Part shown: positions 1 to 15,250 of the stretch, in pieces
How positions within the stretch are numbered: the first letter of the stretch is position 1
Layout: every line of letters begins with the position of its first letter
Origin: the human T2T-CHM13v2.0 reference genome, Homo sapiens
Assembly (NCBI RefSeq): GCF_009914755.1
Contig: NC_060931.1
Reading direction: 5' to 3' (one strand)
Length of the DNA stretch: 64,000 bases
Position numbers and translations under genes: made by a program
Notes under the pieces: model-generated
What the model was told of the DNA's origin: nothing
What the model saw: the letters and a program-made list of their open reading frames with translations, nothing else
Database searches by the model: none

Positions 1-40
1 ATCAAAATGTGGTAAATTATGAGAGGCATACAATGAGTGA

Positions 41-760
<720 letters not shown>

Positions 761-858
761 TACCACTTGTCTACTTTGATATCTAATGAAGAACTCCCAT
801 CTTTTGGTTATCATTGAATTATTTGATTGATCAGCAATCCTTATCTGCTCATAAGTAG

Positions 859-1274
<416 letters not shown>

Positions 1275-1574
1275 GTGATCTTATTTTTTGTGTGCTATTT
1301 TTTGAGAAGGAGTACGTATCAAGTGATTAGTGTTTCAAAGACTTATAACTCAGCTCAATATAAGTCAGATGTTTTTAGCTACAGATCTCTTCGCAAGTGA
1401 AATGGGGCTTCTCAAATAGGTGAGCCCTCTACCCTCATAGACAAAGAAGCCAAGACTGGACACCCACTCAGAGGGGATGTTGTGGAAGCATTCCAAGCAA
1501 CCTGAGCTGGACAAAGTTATCCACAGTGATACAACTACTGTGTAAGACTGTGAGAACAGAGATCTGAGCACTTG

Positions 1575-2070
<496 letters not shown>

Positions 2071-4640
2071 CTTTCCTCTTTTAATAGCCAACCTGCAGGG
2101 AGAGTTTAATTCTGGAAATATTTATTGACCACTTATTATGACTTCTGTAATATTTGAACATGAATCATTGACAAGTCAGTCTGAAAACTGGCTGAGAGTC
2201 TGCGGGCAGGGGATTTGGAAAGTAAGGCAGTGGGATGACTCATCCTGGGGAAGAGAGGAATGTGTTTGCTCCTGAGGGAATGAGCCCCTAAGTTCTTTCT
2301 GGTGGGGGAAGAAGTCTGGAGCTGGAGGAGGCTGTCTGGGAGGTGGTGTGGCCTCTGACTTGCACTCTCAGCCTTAAGCCAATGGCTCACACAATGCTAG
2401 TGTGATTGCATTTTCTGTGAAAATCTGGCAGAACTGAGTTCCACAGGCTGACATGACTGGAACAAGAGGCTCCATTCATGGACTTAGAATAGAACCAACA
2501 TTAGGGCAAGGGCTCTAGAAGCTTCTGAGGGCAGGGTGCTGGAGCATTTGAGTCAAGGGCACTTATGTCTCTGACAAGTGAAGAACCTCAGCAGATCTCT
2601 GCTTTACCCATACATTTTACAAGATGCCTTGAATGCAGCTGTAGAGGGATTTCTCCAGTCAAGGATCCTTGACATGAATGCTCAAAAGATACATTCTTCC
2701 TCTACGGTGCAGTCATCAAGGACAGCAGGACAAGCAGATTTATCCTCACCTGAAGTCATAACCAGGATCAGTTTCCCCCAATTCCAGCTCTTCCAATTCC
2801 CCAAAGAGGACTTTCTGTAATTACCTTAGGAGAAACACACTACAGAATAAACATCAGCAACCAGCACAGGTGTGAGTGGAGACATTTGATCCCCAGCCCT
2901 GTCATTGTTGAATCTGGTGTGTCTAAAACCTCACGAAGGGGCAGAGGAGAACATGGCGCAGTAAACAACCTGCCCCATGCCCCAACTGACACTGCTGGCA
3001 GTAAATGACCCTCACAACTCTCTCCTCCACTCATTCCCAGAGATAGTGATATGTTGGTATTAACAACACATCTCTTTAAAAATTCAATTACATTTGCATC
3101 TATTTGACAGACTAGAATAATTACTATCTGCTGCTAAGGTTTCCCCTGCAGATGCAAGAAAAAAGTGACCTTACATTTTCTGTCTGTCTGATTGTGGCAG
3201 CCAAGATTGAATAGGGAAATACAGAGGGTAGAAATCTAATTATATAACAGTATTGTGGTCATTTCTTTAAAGTTCTTATCTTTTGGAGACACATATTGAA
3301 ATATTTACAAATATAATCATATGATTGTGGGATTAGCTTCAAATAATGCAGGATGGGTATGATTTCATTTACATGAAGTACAAAAGCAAAAAGAAAATCA
3401 TAAACCCATGCTGTTGAGGTGAGGAGAGTGGGGCGGAGGGTGGAGATAGTGACCAGTAGATAGGACGAGGTGGGTATCTGGGATTTGCATTTACACAAAT
3501 GGTTTTGGGTTATGAAAATTCACTGTGCTTTAATTTTATAGCATATGCTTTTCTGTGCCTGTGTATATGTATACATGTGCATGTACATCATACTTCAACA
3601 AACCTTTTTGAAAAATCATAATGTGGGAGGAGGGGTAACTGATGCGGGGGTGGGAGTGGGGAGTGACCGAAACAGGATTGTCTGGGTGTTCATTGCTGAA
3701 GCTGGGTGGTGGGCACACAGGGGGTTATTTTACTAATCTCCTATTTGTGTCAATGTTTGACATTTTCCACAAGAAAAATTTTATGAAAATATTCCTGGAG
3801 GTATTAAGTCTCATGTATTCTTAAATATTATTACTTTTTTGAGCCAAGGTCTCTCTCTATAGCCCAGGCTGGAGTGGAAAATGTTAATTTTTTAAAACCA
3901 AAGGCTCAGTACAACAGGAGTTGAGGCTCTGATGGATCAGAGAAGAGGATGGGTCATTTGAATGTGAGCCGGAGTGCTGAGTGTTTTTGCAAATGTGATT
4001 TTTTTGCCTACCCTGGTGAAGCCACTTTAAATTAGTAATTGCTATCATTTAAAAGGGAAACATAGAGATATATGTTAGCATGTGCCAATATTTGTATTTA
4101 TTGACTAATGTTATTGATTACTTATTAATATTTCTAGATTTTATATCTGTACTATGTACAAAATATAATATAAACATAATAATACACATTTGACAAAAAG
4201 CTTTTAAAGGAAGAGATAAAATATGTAAATAGATATTTTAATGTATTATTTCTACATGCCAATGGATATTTTTGGGTGCCTTCAGGGTATATGATTTGGA
4301 AAACATAATTTTTCTTTTCACAATAAGAACTCGCAATGAAGAAAAAATAGATTTAAACTACACACACACAAAATCTAAATTCTGCTTTGAATATCATCTA
4401 TTAGACACCAGGCTTTTCCCTAGGCATATATGAATATCCTTGGCCTTGAGGGGCTAGTGGTCCAATAGGGGAGAAGGCATATAAAAATATAACTTCAATG
4501 TGATATGGTGGTGCCACCAAGATGGAAATGGGAGCAAGACATCTTGGGAATTCTTCCTGCAGGAAAGAAAACCTGAGAGGAGATTTGAATCTTAACAAAG
4601 AACTTGGCATGCAAGTAAATATAAGAAAGATATTCCCAAC

Positions 4641-7491
4641 CGTTTTGGGTTGAATTGTGTCTCCAAAAAGATATGCCGAAATCCTAACCCTGGTACCTGA
4701 GAATGTGACCTTATTTGGAAATAAGGTCTTTGCAGATGTAATCAAGTTACGATAAAGTCATTAGGGTGCATCTTAATCCAATATGACTGGTGTCCCTATA
4801 AGAGAGGAAGAGTCACAGAGACTCACACAGAGAGGAGAATGCCATGTGAAGACACAGAAATACAGGGAGAATGCTGTGTGATGACAGAGGCAGAAATTAG
4901 AGTTATGTAACTGCACACCAGGGAACACCAAGAATTGCCTGCAACCACAGAAACTGGAGCATGAGCATGGCCATTGATACGGTTTGGCTCTGTGTCCCCA
5001 CCCAAAATCATGTCAGATTGTAATTCCCAGTGTTGGAGGTAGGGCCTGGTGGGAGGTGATTGGATCATGGGGGCAGAGTTCTCATGAGTGGTTTAGCACC
5101 ATCCCTCATTAGTACTGGTTTTATAGTGGGAGAGTGCCCATGATCTGTTTTTTTAAAAGTGTGTGGCACCTCCCGACTCTCTCTCTTGCTCCTGCTCTGG
5201 CCATGTAAGACATGCCTGCTTTTCCTTTGCCTTCTGCCATGATTATAAGTTTCCTGAAGCCTCCCCAGAAGTAGAAGCCACTATGCTTCCTGTACAGCCT
5301 GCAAAACTGTGAGCCATTAAACCTCTTTTCTTTATAAATTACCCAGTCTTGGGTATTTCTTTATAGCAATGCAAGAACAGACTAATACAGAAAATGGGTA
5401 CTTGGAGTGGTGCATTGCTATAAAGATACCTAAAAATGTGGAATCAACCTTGGAATCAGGTAATGAGCAGAGGTTGGAAGAGTACAGAGGGCTCAGAAGA
5501 GGACAGAAAGATGAGGGAAAGTTTAAACTTCCTAGAGACTTCCTGAATGGTTGTGACCAAAATACTCATAGTGATATGGACAATGAGGCCCAGGACTCAG
5601 ACAGAGATGAGGAATATATTGGCAACTGGAGAAAATGTCACTTTTGTTATGTGTTAGCAAAGAGCTAAGGATCTGTGGGACCTTGAACTTGAGAGTGATG
5701 ATTTAGGGTATCTGGCAGAAAAAATTTCTAACCAACAAAGTATTCAAGATATGACCTAACTGCTTCAAACAGCCTATGCTCACATGCATGAGCAAAGAAA
5801 TGACCTGAAACTGGAACTTATATTTAAAAGAGAAGCAGAGTGTAAAAGTGTAAAATTTTCAGCCTGGCCATGTGGTAGAAAAGAAGAACCTCTTTTCTGG
5901 GAATGAATTTAAGCTGGATGCAGAAATTTACATAAGAGGAACCAAGCACTGACAGCCAGGACAATGGGGAGAAGGCTTTGAAGGCACTTCAGAGAACATT
6001 GTGCCAGCCCCTCCCATCACAGGCCCAGAGGACTAGGAGGACTGAATGGTTTTTTGGTCCAGGCCCAGGGCCTCACTGCCCAACACAGCCTCCAGACACT
6101 GCTCCCTGCATCCCAGCCAGTCCAGCTCCAGCTGTAGCTCAAAGGGACCCATTTATAGCTTAGGTGGCTGCTCCAGAGGGTGCAAACCATAAGCCTTAGA
6201 AGCTTTCACATAGTGTTAAGCCTGCAGGGGCACACAGTGCAAGAATTGAGGTGTGGGAACCTCTGCCTGGATTTCAGAGGATGTATGGAAAAGCCTTGAT
6301 GTCCAGGCAGAAGCCTGCTCCAGGGGCAGAGCCTCATGGAGAACCTCTACTAGGGTAGTGCAGAGAGGAAATGTGGGGTTGGGTAGCGGGGCACTACCAA
6401 GTGGAGCTGTGAGCAGAGGGTCACCATCCTCCAGACCCCAGAATGATAGATTCACCAGCAGATTGCACCCTCTACCTGCAAAAGCTGCAGGCACTCAACA
6501 TCAGCTCTTGAGAGCAGCCGCAGACGCTGAACCGTGCAATGCCACAGGATTGGAGCTGCCCAAGGCCTTGGGAGGGAGTCCATTCCTTGCACCAGTGTGC
6601 CCTGGATGTGAGACGTGGGGTCGAAGGAGATTATTTTGGAGCTTTGAGGTTTAATGACTGACCTGCTGGGTTTTGGACTTGCATGGGGTCTGTAGCCCTT
6701 TTATTTTGACCACATTCTCCCTTTTGGGAGTATTTACCCAATGCCTGTACCCCCACTGTATCTTGGGAGTAACTAATTTGTTTTTTTATTTTACAGGATC
6801 ATAGATGGAAATGACTAGCCTTGTCTCAGATGACACTTCGAACTTTGGACTTTTGAGTTAATGTTGGAATAAGTTAAGACTTTCGGGGACTGTTGGGAAG
6901 GCAGGATTGTATTTTGAAATTTGAGAAGGACATAAAATTTGGGAGGGGGCAGCATGGAATCATATGGTCTAGATATATGACCCTGTCCAAATCTCAAATC
7001 TAACTGTAATTCCCAGTGTTGGAGGTGGGGTCTGGTGGGAGGTGATTTGATCATGGAGGTGGAGTTCTCATTAATGATTTAGAGCCATCCCTTTTGTTAT
7101 GGTATAGTGAGTGAGTTATCACAAGATCTCTTTGTTTAAAAGTTTGTGGTACCTCCCACCTCTCTCTCTTGCTCCTGCTCTGGCCATGTAAGACGTGCCT
7201 GCTTCCCCTTCACCTTCTTGCATGATTGTAAGTTTCCTGAGGCCTCCCCAAAAGCAGAAGCCACTATGCTTCCTGAACAGCCAATGGAACCATGAGCCAA
7301 TTAAACCTCTTCTTTATAAATTACCCAGTTTAAGGTATTTCTTTATAGCAGTGCAAGAATGGACTCATACAGCTCTGCTGACACCTTGATTTCAGAATCC
7401 TACTCTCCAGAACTGTTTGGGAATACACATCTATTGTTTTAAGCCAGTCAGTTTGTGGTATTTTGTACAGCAGCATTAGCAAACTAATACA
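4641..7491 (+). mobile_element. MLT1 (MLT1B/C-like) solo LTR split by the MST provirus (halves 4641-4974 and 7372-7491)
   Basis: MLT1 start GGGTTGAATTGTGTC, core AATGTGACCTTATTTGGAAATAAGGTCTTTGCAGATGTAATCAAG, end AAACTAATACA. Confidence 0.8.
4975..7371 (+). mobile_element. Complete MaLR provirus (MSTA-like): 5'LTR 4975-5389, internal region 5390-6959, 3'LTR 6960-7371
   Basis: Two direct ~415-bp LTRs ending ACT(A/C)ATACA, THE1/MST-type internal sequence, degenerate 5-bp TSD GCCAT/GCTCT. Confidence 0.9.
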
Positions 7492-7499
7492 TCAACATA

Positions 7500-8440
7500 A
7501 GGAAACCAATTAGCAAATGAATAGGCACTGAAACAAGGTGTGTGGTGGGAATTACCAGCCATAAAAGTGGGAACAGTAAAGACAGCCCCCTTAAAGCCAC
7601 TGGGGCACAGAAGGCAAGATCTGCTCTATAGACTTGCAGTCTGGAGAAGCCTGCAGGAGCCAGCCACACAGGACCCTAAGTGAGAGGCCACTGTCATGGC
7701 CCCAGTGAGAGGCCATGGATCCTGAGCCTAACCAGGACCACAGAAATAGGGTGCGAGAGAGGTGACAGCTGCCAGAAATATACGAGAGACAAAGGTGGCA
7801 AGATCTGGTGACTGGTTGGATGTTGGGGGGACAACATAGTGGGAGAAACTTAGGTGGATGGTGATTTTGCAGCAAAAATGAGTAATAAAAGCCAGTTTGG
7901 GGAATAAAGGGAGTTTATGAATTCAGTTTTTGACATGCTGATTTGGGGAAGCTTAAGGAATATGCAAATGTGTTCAGCAGACAGTTGAGTGTGTAAATCT
8001 AAAGCTCACGGAGATGCAATACACAAAGATAAATGCTTGGGAGTCAACAGCATGGAGGCCCTTAAGATCACAGAGAGTAGGCAAAGACTGGAAAAAGCAA
8101 GTGTCAAGGGGAGAACCCTGAGCAACATCATCATGAATGTGGTGGGCAGAGGAGCCCAGGCAAGAGACGGGAAAGCGACAGGCAAAGCTGAAAGGGCAGC
8201 ACTAGGAGTGTAGGATGTCTTGGAAGCTGCAGCATAGCGTCAAGAAGATGAGCGTGGTCAATGTAGTAAAAAGGGCAGAAACCTGGGAAGATACAGCATG
8301 AAAAGTCCACAGATTAAAGATGGTAGATGTGATCAGTGGTGGTGTTAGCAGTCAAGGGAGCAGAAGGCAAGTGGCCCTGGTTCGGGTTGAGTGGTAGATG
8401 AGAAAGTAAACAACTTCTAAAAGATGCGTGGCAGAGAATG
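7500..8440 (-). mobile_element. L2 fragments
   Basis: Purine-rich antisense L2-like blocks (TTCAGTTTTTGACATGCTGA, CAGCAGACAGTTGAG). Confidence 0.5.
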
Positions 8441-8744
8441 AAGGAGAAAGGGGATGTCACCAGAGAGAGATGGACCACAGTCAAGGGCAGAGGAGACTTC
8501 AGCAGCCTACAACTTAACGGAGACTCCTGGGAGACTTTGATGACATATGAGTGTCAGGATAAAGTGTTGGGGCAAGGGAGGAAGAAGAGGGGATCAAGCC
8601 TCTTGGAGAGCACAGATCTTAAACTGGGATGTATTTTAGTTTCTGCACCAAAAGGAAGGGTTAGGGTGATTTCGATGCAAATTAATTCATAAAGAAAGCT
8701 GAGGGAGATCATTTCTCAAGGGATTTTTTGTATTGGGATTTTAA

Positions 8745-9021
<277 letters not shown>

Positions 9022-10985
9022 AGGATTTTTGGATTTTTTTTTTAAGTACAGTCTGTGTTGAGAAAGGGACAGAGTGGGGTGGAAGTGGGGAGGGGGTAAA
9101 CATTTGGAACTGATCCAGAGGAGAACAAGAAAGCAAATGGAAGAATTTGCCCTGGGGGCCCTGTGAAGGCTGCAGCCAATGCACCTCTGGGGGTGCTGTC
9201 TGAGGGGCTGAGTGATTTAGGGCCTTACTTCTTCAAGGTGGGAGGAACTGGCTCCTCTCTGCTTCACTCTCAGGCTGGTTGTGAATTCCCTGTTCCTCAT
9301 GCCTATTCACAGCTTCTGTCCCCTGCACCCCCTGCCAGCTTGACCCATAACCCATACTCCCTAAGCCCCCAAAACCACTTTCTCCCCACCCATTTTTTCA
9401 TTGCCTATTGTTTCATCTCCCATCCCTGACTCAACTCAACCCTGCCCTCATGCTTCCCTTCCCTGACACTTCTCTCCACCTCCTTGGCCACCCACCCAGG
9501 CGTCTGTGCCTAATGGTGGGTCAGACCCTCTGGTATGAGAGTGTTTAGAACAGAAATGGGGGAGCAGAAAATGAACAAAAGGATGGAGACAGTGATTGGA
9601 ATCAAGCGAATCCTTGGAGGGTAGGAGTCAGGAATCTTTGGCTTCTGCTAAAGGAAACAGCCGGTGCTAGAGCAAAGGCTAGGTCCAGGCCATCTCCTCT
9701 CCCTGGCTTTGTCATCACCTGCCGGTGCTGGGTCATTTCCAACGGCACTCAAGCAGCCTCCAAACAAAACAGACACCATTTTTGCCCCATGTGCTCCTTC
9801 AGCCATAGCCCTATTGCTCTCTTTTCCAGAAGGCCCCTGGAGTGATCATTACACACACAGGGACCCCATCCCTTACCCCTCAGTCACTCCCCAAACCCTG
9901 GCCACCTGGCATTCACCCTGCCATGCTTCAGAATCTATTCTTTCCTTTTTCCCAGGGAATTAATTCTTTTTCAGCCACCTCTAGCTAAATCATTTTTATG
10001 TCATTTGAGAAAAGGACTGACTGTTGAGGTAGACAATTTCCAATTACACAGCTTGTTCATGACAGCCTAGTGTCTCACACAGCAGCCAGATGTTTGTGTT
10101 TGCTTCCTTTCTTTGGTCTGTCCCTGCTGCTACCACCTTTCGTTCCAATCCAAGCTCACCCTCCCAGTCTCCTGGTCTTTATTTTCTGGTTGGTCCTCTT
10201 GTCTTGGATTCATAACCTGCTTTCTGGGGGTGTCCCCGGATGTCTTAAGCAATTATTGTCTGTGTCAAAGAGACAAGACCTCTGAGCAGAGTCACTCATC
10301 AGCATCTTCCCCCGATTCCCACTGAATGTTCCTCATTTATTTTCAAGTCTTTCCTAAGCAGATTTCCCTTTGGGGCACACTAGCCTATGGCAAAGCTCTC
10401 TACTTTCTGTCCCCACGTCATTCAAGGTGCTCCATTTCTTCTCTGCCCCTGCTCATCCTGCATGATGCTCTGCTTAAAAGACAGAAGGAAGCATTGTGAC
10501 CTCATCCCCATTCACACTTGCTGTCCTCAAGTTTTGTCCTTGGCTTCCAGAGATCACATACTTGTGACTTTCCATGTGAGCATTGAAATGCTCACACTTT
10601 ACAGAATTTGTAGGACCATGGAGAGCTTTCTGGGGAAATGTTCAATTGTGGTGGGGCCACAGGGAGGAGGGGCAGAGCATGGATAAGAGAATCCAAGGTT
10701 AAACAGAATCAGGGAAATGGCATAACACAACCATTCTGGGCATTAAGAAAAAAGTAAGAAGGAGAAAAAGAGCAGGAAGGTCACTTGGCCAGGACGGTGA
10801 AGATGAGCAGATTCAAGCGCAAGGGAGAACTTAGAGAGCTGCTAATGTGGGCCTAGACTAGCAAGGGGGTGCTGGTGCTGGCATTTGATTTGGTTTCCAG
10901 TGTGGGTCAGATGAGATGCCATTGCAGGGCCAAATTGTGCAGGTGTGCTGTGGTCTCCCATCACACACCACCAGCTGTGGTCCCC

Positions 10986-11432
10986 TGTTGCAGGGTGAGT
11001 AAGAGCCCCCCAAAAGAAGTCCACGCACTAATCTAGGAACCTGTTATCTTACATGATAAAAGGGACTTTGCTGATATGATTAAAGTAAGGACCATGGACT
11101 GGGAAGAGTATGCTTGGTTATCCAGGTGGGCCCAAGGTCACCACAAGGGTCCTCATAAGAGGGAAGCAAGATCAGAATAAGTAGGAGATATGACAACAGA
11201 AGCAGGAGGTCGGAGTGAGGTGGGGAGGGGGCCCTGAGCCAAGGAATCAGGTGCTTCTAGAATTTGAAAAAGATGAAGAAATACATTCTCCCTGAAGCAT
11301 CTAGAAGGAACACAGCCCCACTGACACCTTGCTTTCTTCTGACTTCCAGAACTGTAAAAGAATAGAGTTGTGTGGCTTGAAGTCGCTAAGTTTGTGATAG
11401 TTGTTTTACAGCAGTAATAGGAAACTAATACA
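10986..11432 (+). mobile_element. MLT1D-like solo LTR
   Basis: TTACATGATAAAAGGGACTTTGCTGAT..., ends GCAGTAATAGGAAACTAATACA. Confidence 0.75.
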
Positions 11433-12241
11433 CTCCCATATAGTGAAGGGGGGTTGATGGGTGCACATGGGAGACTTTGGGCCTTTGCCAAAACTTCAGG
11501 GGGCAAGATATGCTGCTGGTCAGCTCTGTATATGGCGATGTCATCCCCTCCTGAGGCCTCACCCCTTCTCTCCAGGCCAGACCTCTCTGAAATCCTCCTC
11601 CAGGTTGGCAGTAATGCACTTGTTAGTGCCAGTGAGGCACAACTACTCAACCAATCACCACACCTCTTAATTCAACCATGACTTGCCTCACTCTGTACTG
11701 TAGGGGGCACTAGGGAGTCTGCTCTTCTTTCTTAGCTTACACCTAGATAGAGCAGAGAGAGCCAGGGACAGCGAGTTCAGGCCAATAGCAAATGAAAGGA
11801 AGCCAACTCTCCAGGCCCAGACAGCCCGTGAGGTCAGCATCCAGCAACAACATTCACTAACGACAGCCCTGCCAACTGTAGCTGGCATCCTAGGCACATG
11901 CACATTGAAGGTGAAGAGACAGGAGACCTCTGGCTGCCAGCAAGCACTCTTTCTTTACTCTGTGTGGCCCATTCTCATGCTAAAAGCAATTTCCAAGCTA
12001 CCTCCCTGCAGAGCATTAGCCTAACAGGCTGAGCCCTGACAGTATCATCCTGATTCTTTCATTTGAAGCACATGTTCATTGTACACTTTCAAATAAATCA
12101 TATTGCCATTTCTAAAGGAGAATATTTATCTGGGCTCACGTGACACCCCAAGGTCAAGGACAACAGCACCACAGTCTCCATTGCATGCCAAGGCAGCGCT
12201 AGAGTCTTCCTGTCAAGAGTTGGAGCATGCCTGCAATTGTA

Positions 12242-12321
12242 TTAGGTTGGTGCAAAAGTAATTGTGGTTTTTGCCATGAAAAGTAATGGCAAAGACCTCA
12301 ATTACTTTTGCACCAACCTAA
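12242..12321. mobile_element. MADE1 (Hsmar1-derived 80-bp MITE)
   Basis: TIRs TTAGGTTGGTGCAAAAGTAATTG..CAATTACTTTTGCACCAACCTAA with TA target duplication on both sides. Confidence 0.95.
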
Positions 12322-13242
12322 TAGCTGTGTTCCTACCGTGCTCCTAAAATAAGGACCATTGTATGTTCCAGGGAATATTAGTTTGTAGGCACCTACCCTG
12401 TTTGAAGTGGGCTGGAACACCAGGCTTTAGGATGGCAGTGGGGAGCCCCAGTGCAGGCCCCAGCAGGCTGTAGAAGGCAGTTGTCTGAGGCAGAGGTTAT
12501 GTGGATGATCCTTTTGCCCAAGGCCCCCAAATTACTGCATGCCTCCTAAGAGTGCAATCTGGGGCTACCTAAATCCATGTCAGCCAGTCTTTTTTTCACC
12601 TAATTGTCTAAGTTGGGTTAAGGGAGCACTGTCTAGTGATCGTTGATTGGTCAGAGCCCAGGGCATCCGCCTGGCCATGTTTTATTAGTGGGCCAGGTTA
12701 CTGGGCCGAGTTACTGGGCCTTAAAGGTCCATGTTCCTGTGCACTCACTCATGCATGTCCCTGTTCCCTTTGGTAAGCACACCTGGTTGAGCCTCCTTCT
12801 CAGGGGAGACTAGTCAGGGCTCTTTCTCTCCACCCCCACTCTGCCTGTAACTGAGGGGCAGATTTAGGCTGGTGTCTTAAAATTTCAGAGGAGAGCGAAG
12901 TCTCTCTGGGCTCTCCTATCTCTGCGTTGGAAGTCGTTGCATCTGGCACTTAATTAATAGGCATATTCCTTTCCATTTGGCTATTAATCCTTGTGTATAA
13001 GCCTCTCACTTGGTAATCACAGTGAGAGGCAGGCGTGGCTGAGCTCAGAGCTGTTAACAGCTTCTACAGCTCAGAAAACAATGCCATCGGAGGTCATGTG
13101 GCAGGCCTTGGTCAGTGAGTAACTCTAATTGAAAGGAAATGAAATCAATTACATAGTTTGAGCGGTCTACACTTAATTCTGGTGAAATCACATTATAGTA
13201 ATTGGGCATTATTGAAATGACTTGAACATTGGTCAAGTAAAC

Positions 13243-13333
13243 TATTGGCCACAACTCAATCGTAAATCAAATGTATTTACCGGCTTGATAAATGTATTTA
13301 CTGGCTTGATTTAGGATTGAGTTGTGGCCAATA
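13243..13333. repeat. Inverted repeat (28-bp arms, 27/28 complementary) overlapping a 2x21-bp tandem repeat
   Basis: Arms at 13243-13270 and 13306-13333; tandem units at 13269-13289 and 13290-13310. Confidence 0.92.
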
Positions 13334-13357
13334 CTTGCCTAACCAGGGCAGATCCTC

Positions 13358-13880
13358 TGCGGTAGGCAAAGTAGTGGCACACCAGAATGTTCACATCCTA
13401 ATCCTCAGACACTGTGAACATGCTGGTTACACAGCAAAAGGAAATTATGGGTGCAAATAGGATGAAGACAGCTAATCAGGTGACTTGAAAACAAAGAAAT
13501 TATCCTGGGTTACCTGGGTAGACCCAATGTAATCCCAAGGGTCCTAGTAAGTGGAAGAAGGAGGTAGATAAGGGAGAACCAGAAAGACACCAGCCTAAGA
13601 TGGACTTGGCAGACTTTGCTGGTTTTGAAGATGGAGGACTGGAGCCACAAGCCAAGGAATATGGTGGCCTCTGGAAGCAAAGAAAGGCAGGGAATGGATT
13701 CTCCTCAGAACCTCCAGAAGGAATGCAGCCTGCTGATACCTTGATTTTAGCCCAGAGAGACCCATTTCAGACTCTGCCCTCCAGAACTGTAAGATGATAA
13801 CTTTGTATTGTTTTAAGCCACTGTGTTTGTGGAACACTGTGACAGCAGCACTGGAAGCAGCACACAGGAAACCGATATAC
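13358..13880 (+). mobile_element. MLT1E-like solo LTR
   Basis: TGCGGTAGGC start, GCTAATCAGGTGACTTG, CCTCCAGAAGGAATGCAGCCTGCTGATACCTTGATTTTAGCCCAG. Confidence 0.75.
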
Positions 13881-13889
13881 TCTCTTAAC

Positions 13890-14123
13890 CTGGGTTTCTT
13901 GGTTTCAGCAATATTTCCATTTTTGTCTGGGAAATATTTTGTTGTGGGGCTATTCTGTGAATTGTAGGATATGCAGTAGGATCCCTCACCGCTACCCACT
14001 AAATGCCAGTAGATCTTCCCCTTCCCAAGTTGTAACAACCAAAAATGTCTCCAGACATTGCCCAGGACGGGGGAGTGGAAGAGGAGGGATGGAAAAAAAA
14101 TCACCCCTGGCTCAGAACCGCTG
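13890..14123 (+). mobile_element. MER20 (hAT-Charlie) DNA transposon
   Basis: TACCCACTAAATGCCAGTAG...CCCAAGTTGTAACAACCAAAAATGTCTCCAGACATTGCC. Confidence 0.8.
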
Positions 14124-15039
14124 CTCTAAACTCAGCATGGTTATGCATTTACTACACACTTTCCCTCACCCACTTGGGATTCTGGTCACTGCCCTTTTAT
14201 ATATGGGTGCTTCTGGTTGAGGCCTTTGATGCTGGTTGAAAATTAAGTGCCTAGGGAGGTAACACACAAAGCTGTAATCAGCCTCAAAGTGAGTTTCCAT
14301 CATTTCAACCAAGCTGGTTTGAAGGGAGAGAGAAAAAGGAAACCGTATGAGCTATTAAGTAAAGAAAAGGACATAGAACTGAGATCTAGAAAGGTACAAG
14401 ATTTTCTCCTTTTTTTTTTTTTTTTTGCCACTTCATGCAATATTCTCCATACCATTTGTCTTATGTGTAAGTCCCAAGCTGGGCTCCATGCTGCAATGTG
14501 CAATGAGAAAAACATGATTTCTGCTCTGAAAGACTTCACTGTCTCACAGGGGAGACTTGTACATAATTTTGTAAAACCTCAATACAGATAGAAAGGGCTA
14601 TAAACATTTCATAGTCACATATTCTGAATCAAGGATCCACAATCTGGCTCCAAGTTATGAGAAAGTATAACAATGGGGCCAAATATTTAAAATCAAGACT
14701 GTCTCAGAAAATGTGGCCATGCCACCTGTAAAAGACATATGCAAATTGCTACAGAAGCTGCCCAGAACAGAGGACATGTGACTCAGGACTTGCATGGGAG
14801 GAGGAGGAGGAGGGAACCACAATTCTTGTGAGAGAAACACGTGCACAAAGACACAGGACAGGAAAGCTCCATATGGCACACCATTTAGAATGAATCAGTG
14901 ATTTCAGATTGATGTGACCATTGGAAGATTTCAAGTATGCATCGCTAAACTTGAAAAATCAGTAAAACAAAACAGGAATAATTTTTATTTAAAAATAACA
15001 GTATTGTATTTAAAAACAATAGCACACGTCAAGAGATAC

Positions 15040-15250
15040 TTCAGTACTGCCAAGGGTTTAATCTAGCATCCTCTTTCTCACTAATCACACACCATGTAAC
15101 CTTGCATAAGGTACTTCTCTGTGTGTTTCCACATCTATAAGACGGGAATAATGTGTCTACCCCAGGTTCATTCAAGGAGTCCTGTATACATGCAAAGCCC
15201 TTGGAAGAGTGCCTAGAATATAATGAGTGGTTGATACTTGTTCCTGTTAA
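15040..15250 (+). mobile_element. MIR
   Basis: CATGTAACCTTGCATAAG...GTTTCCACATCTATAAGACGGGAATAAT. Confidence 0.55.

Noticed and set aside
13269-13310. CRISPR-like repeat array
   Set aside because: Only two adjacent units with no spacers, in a mammalian context.
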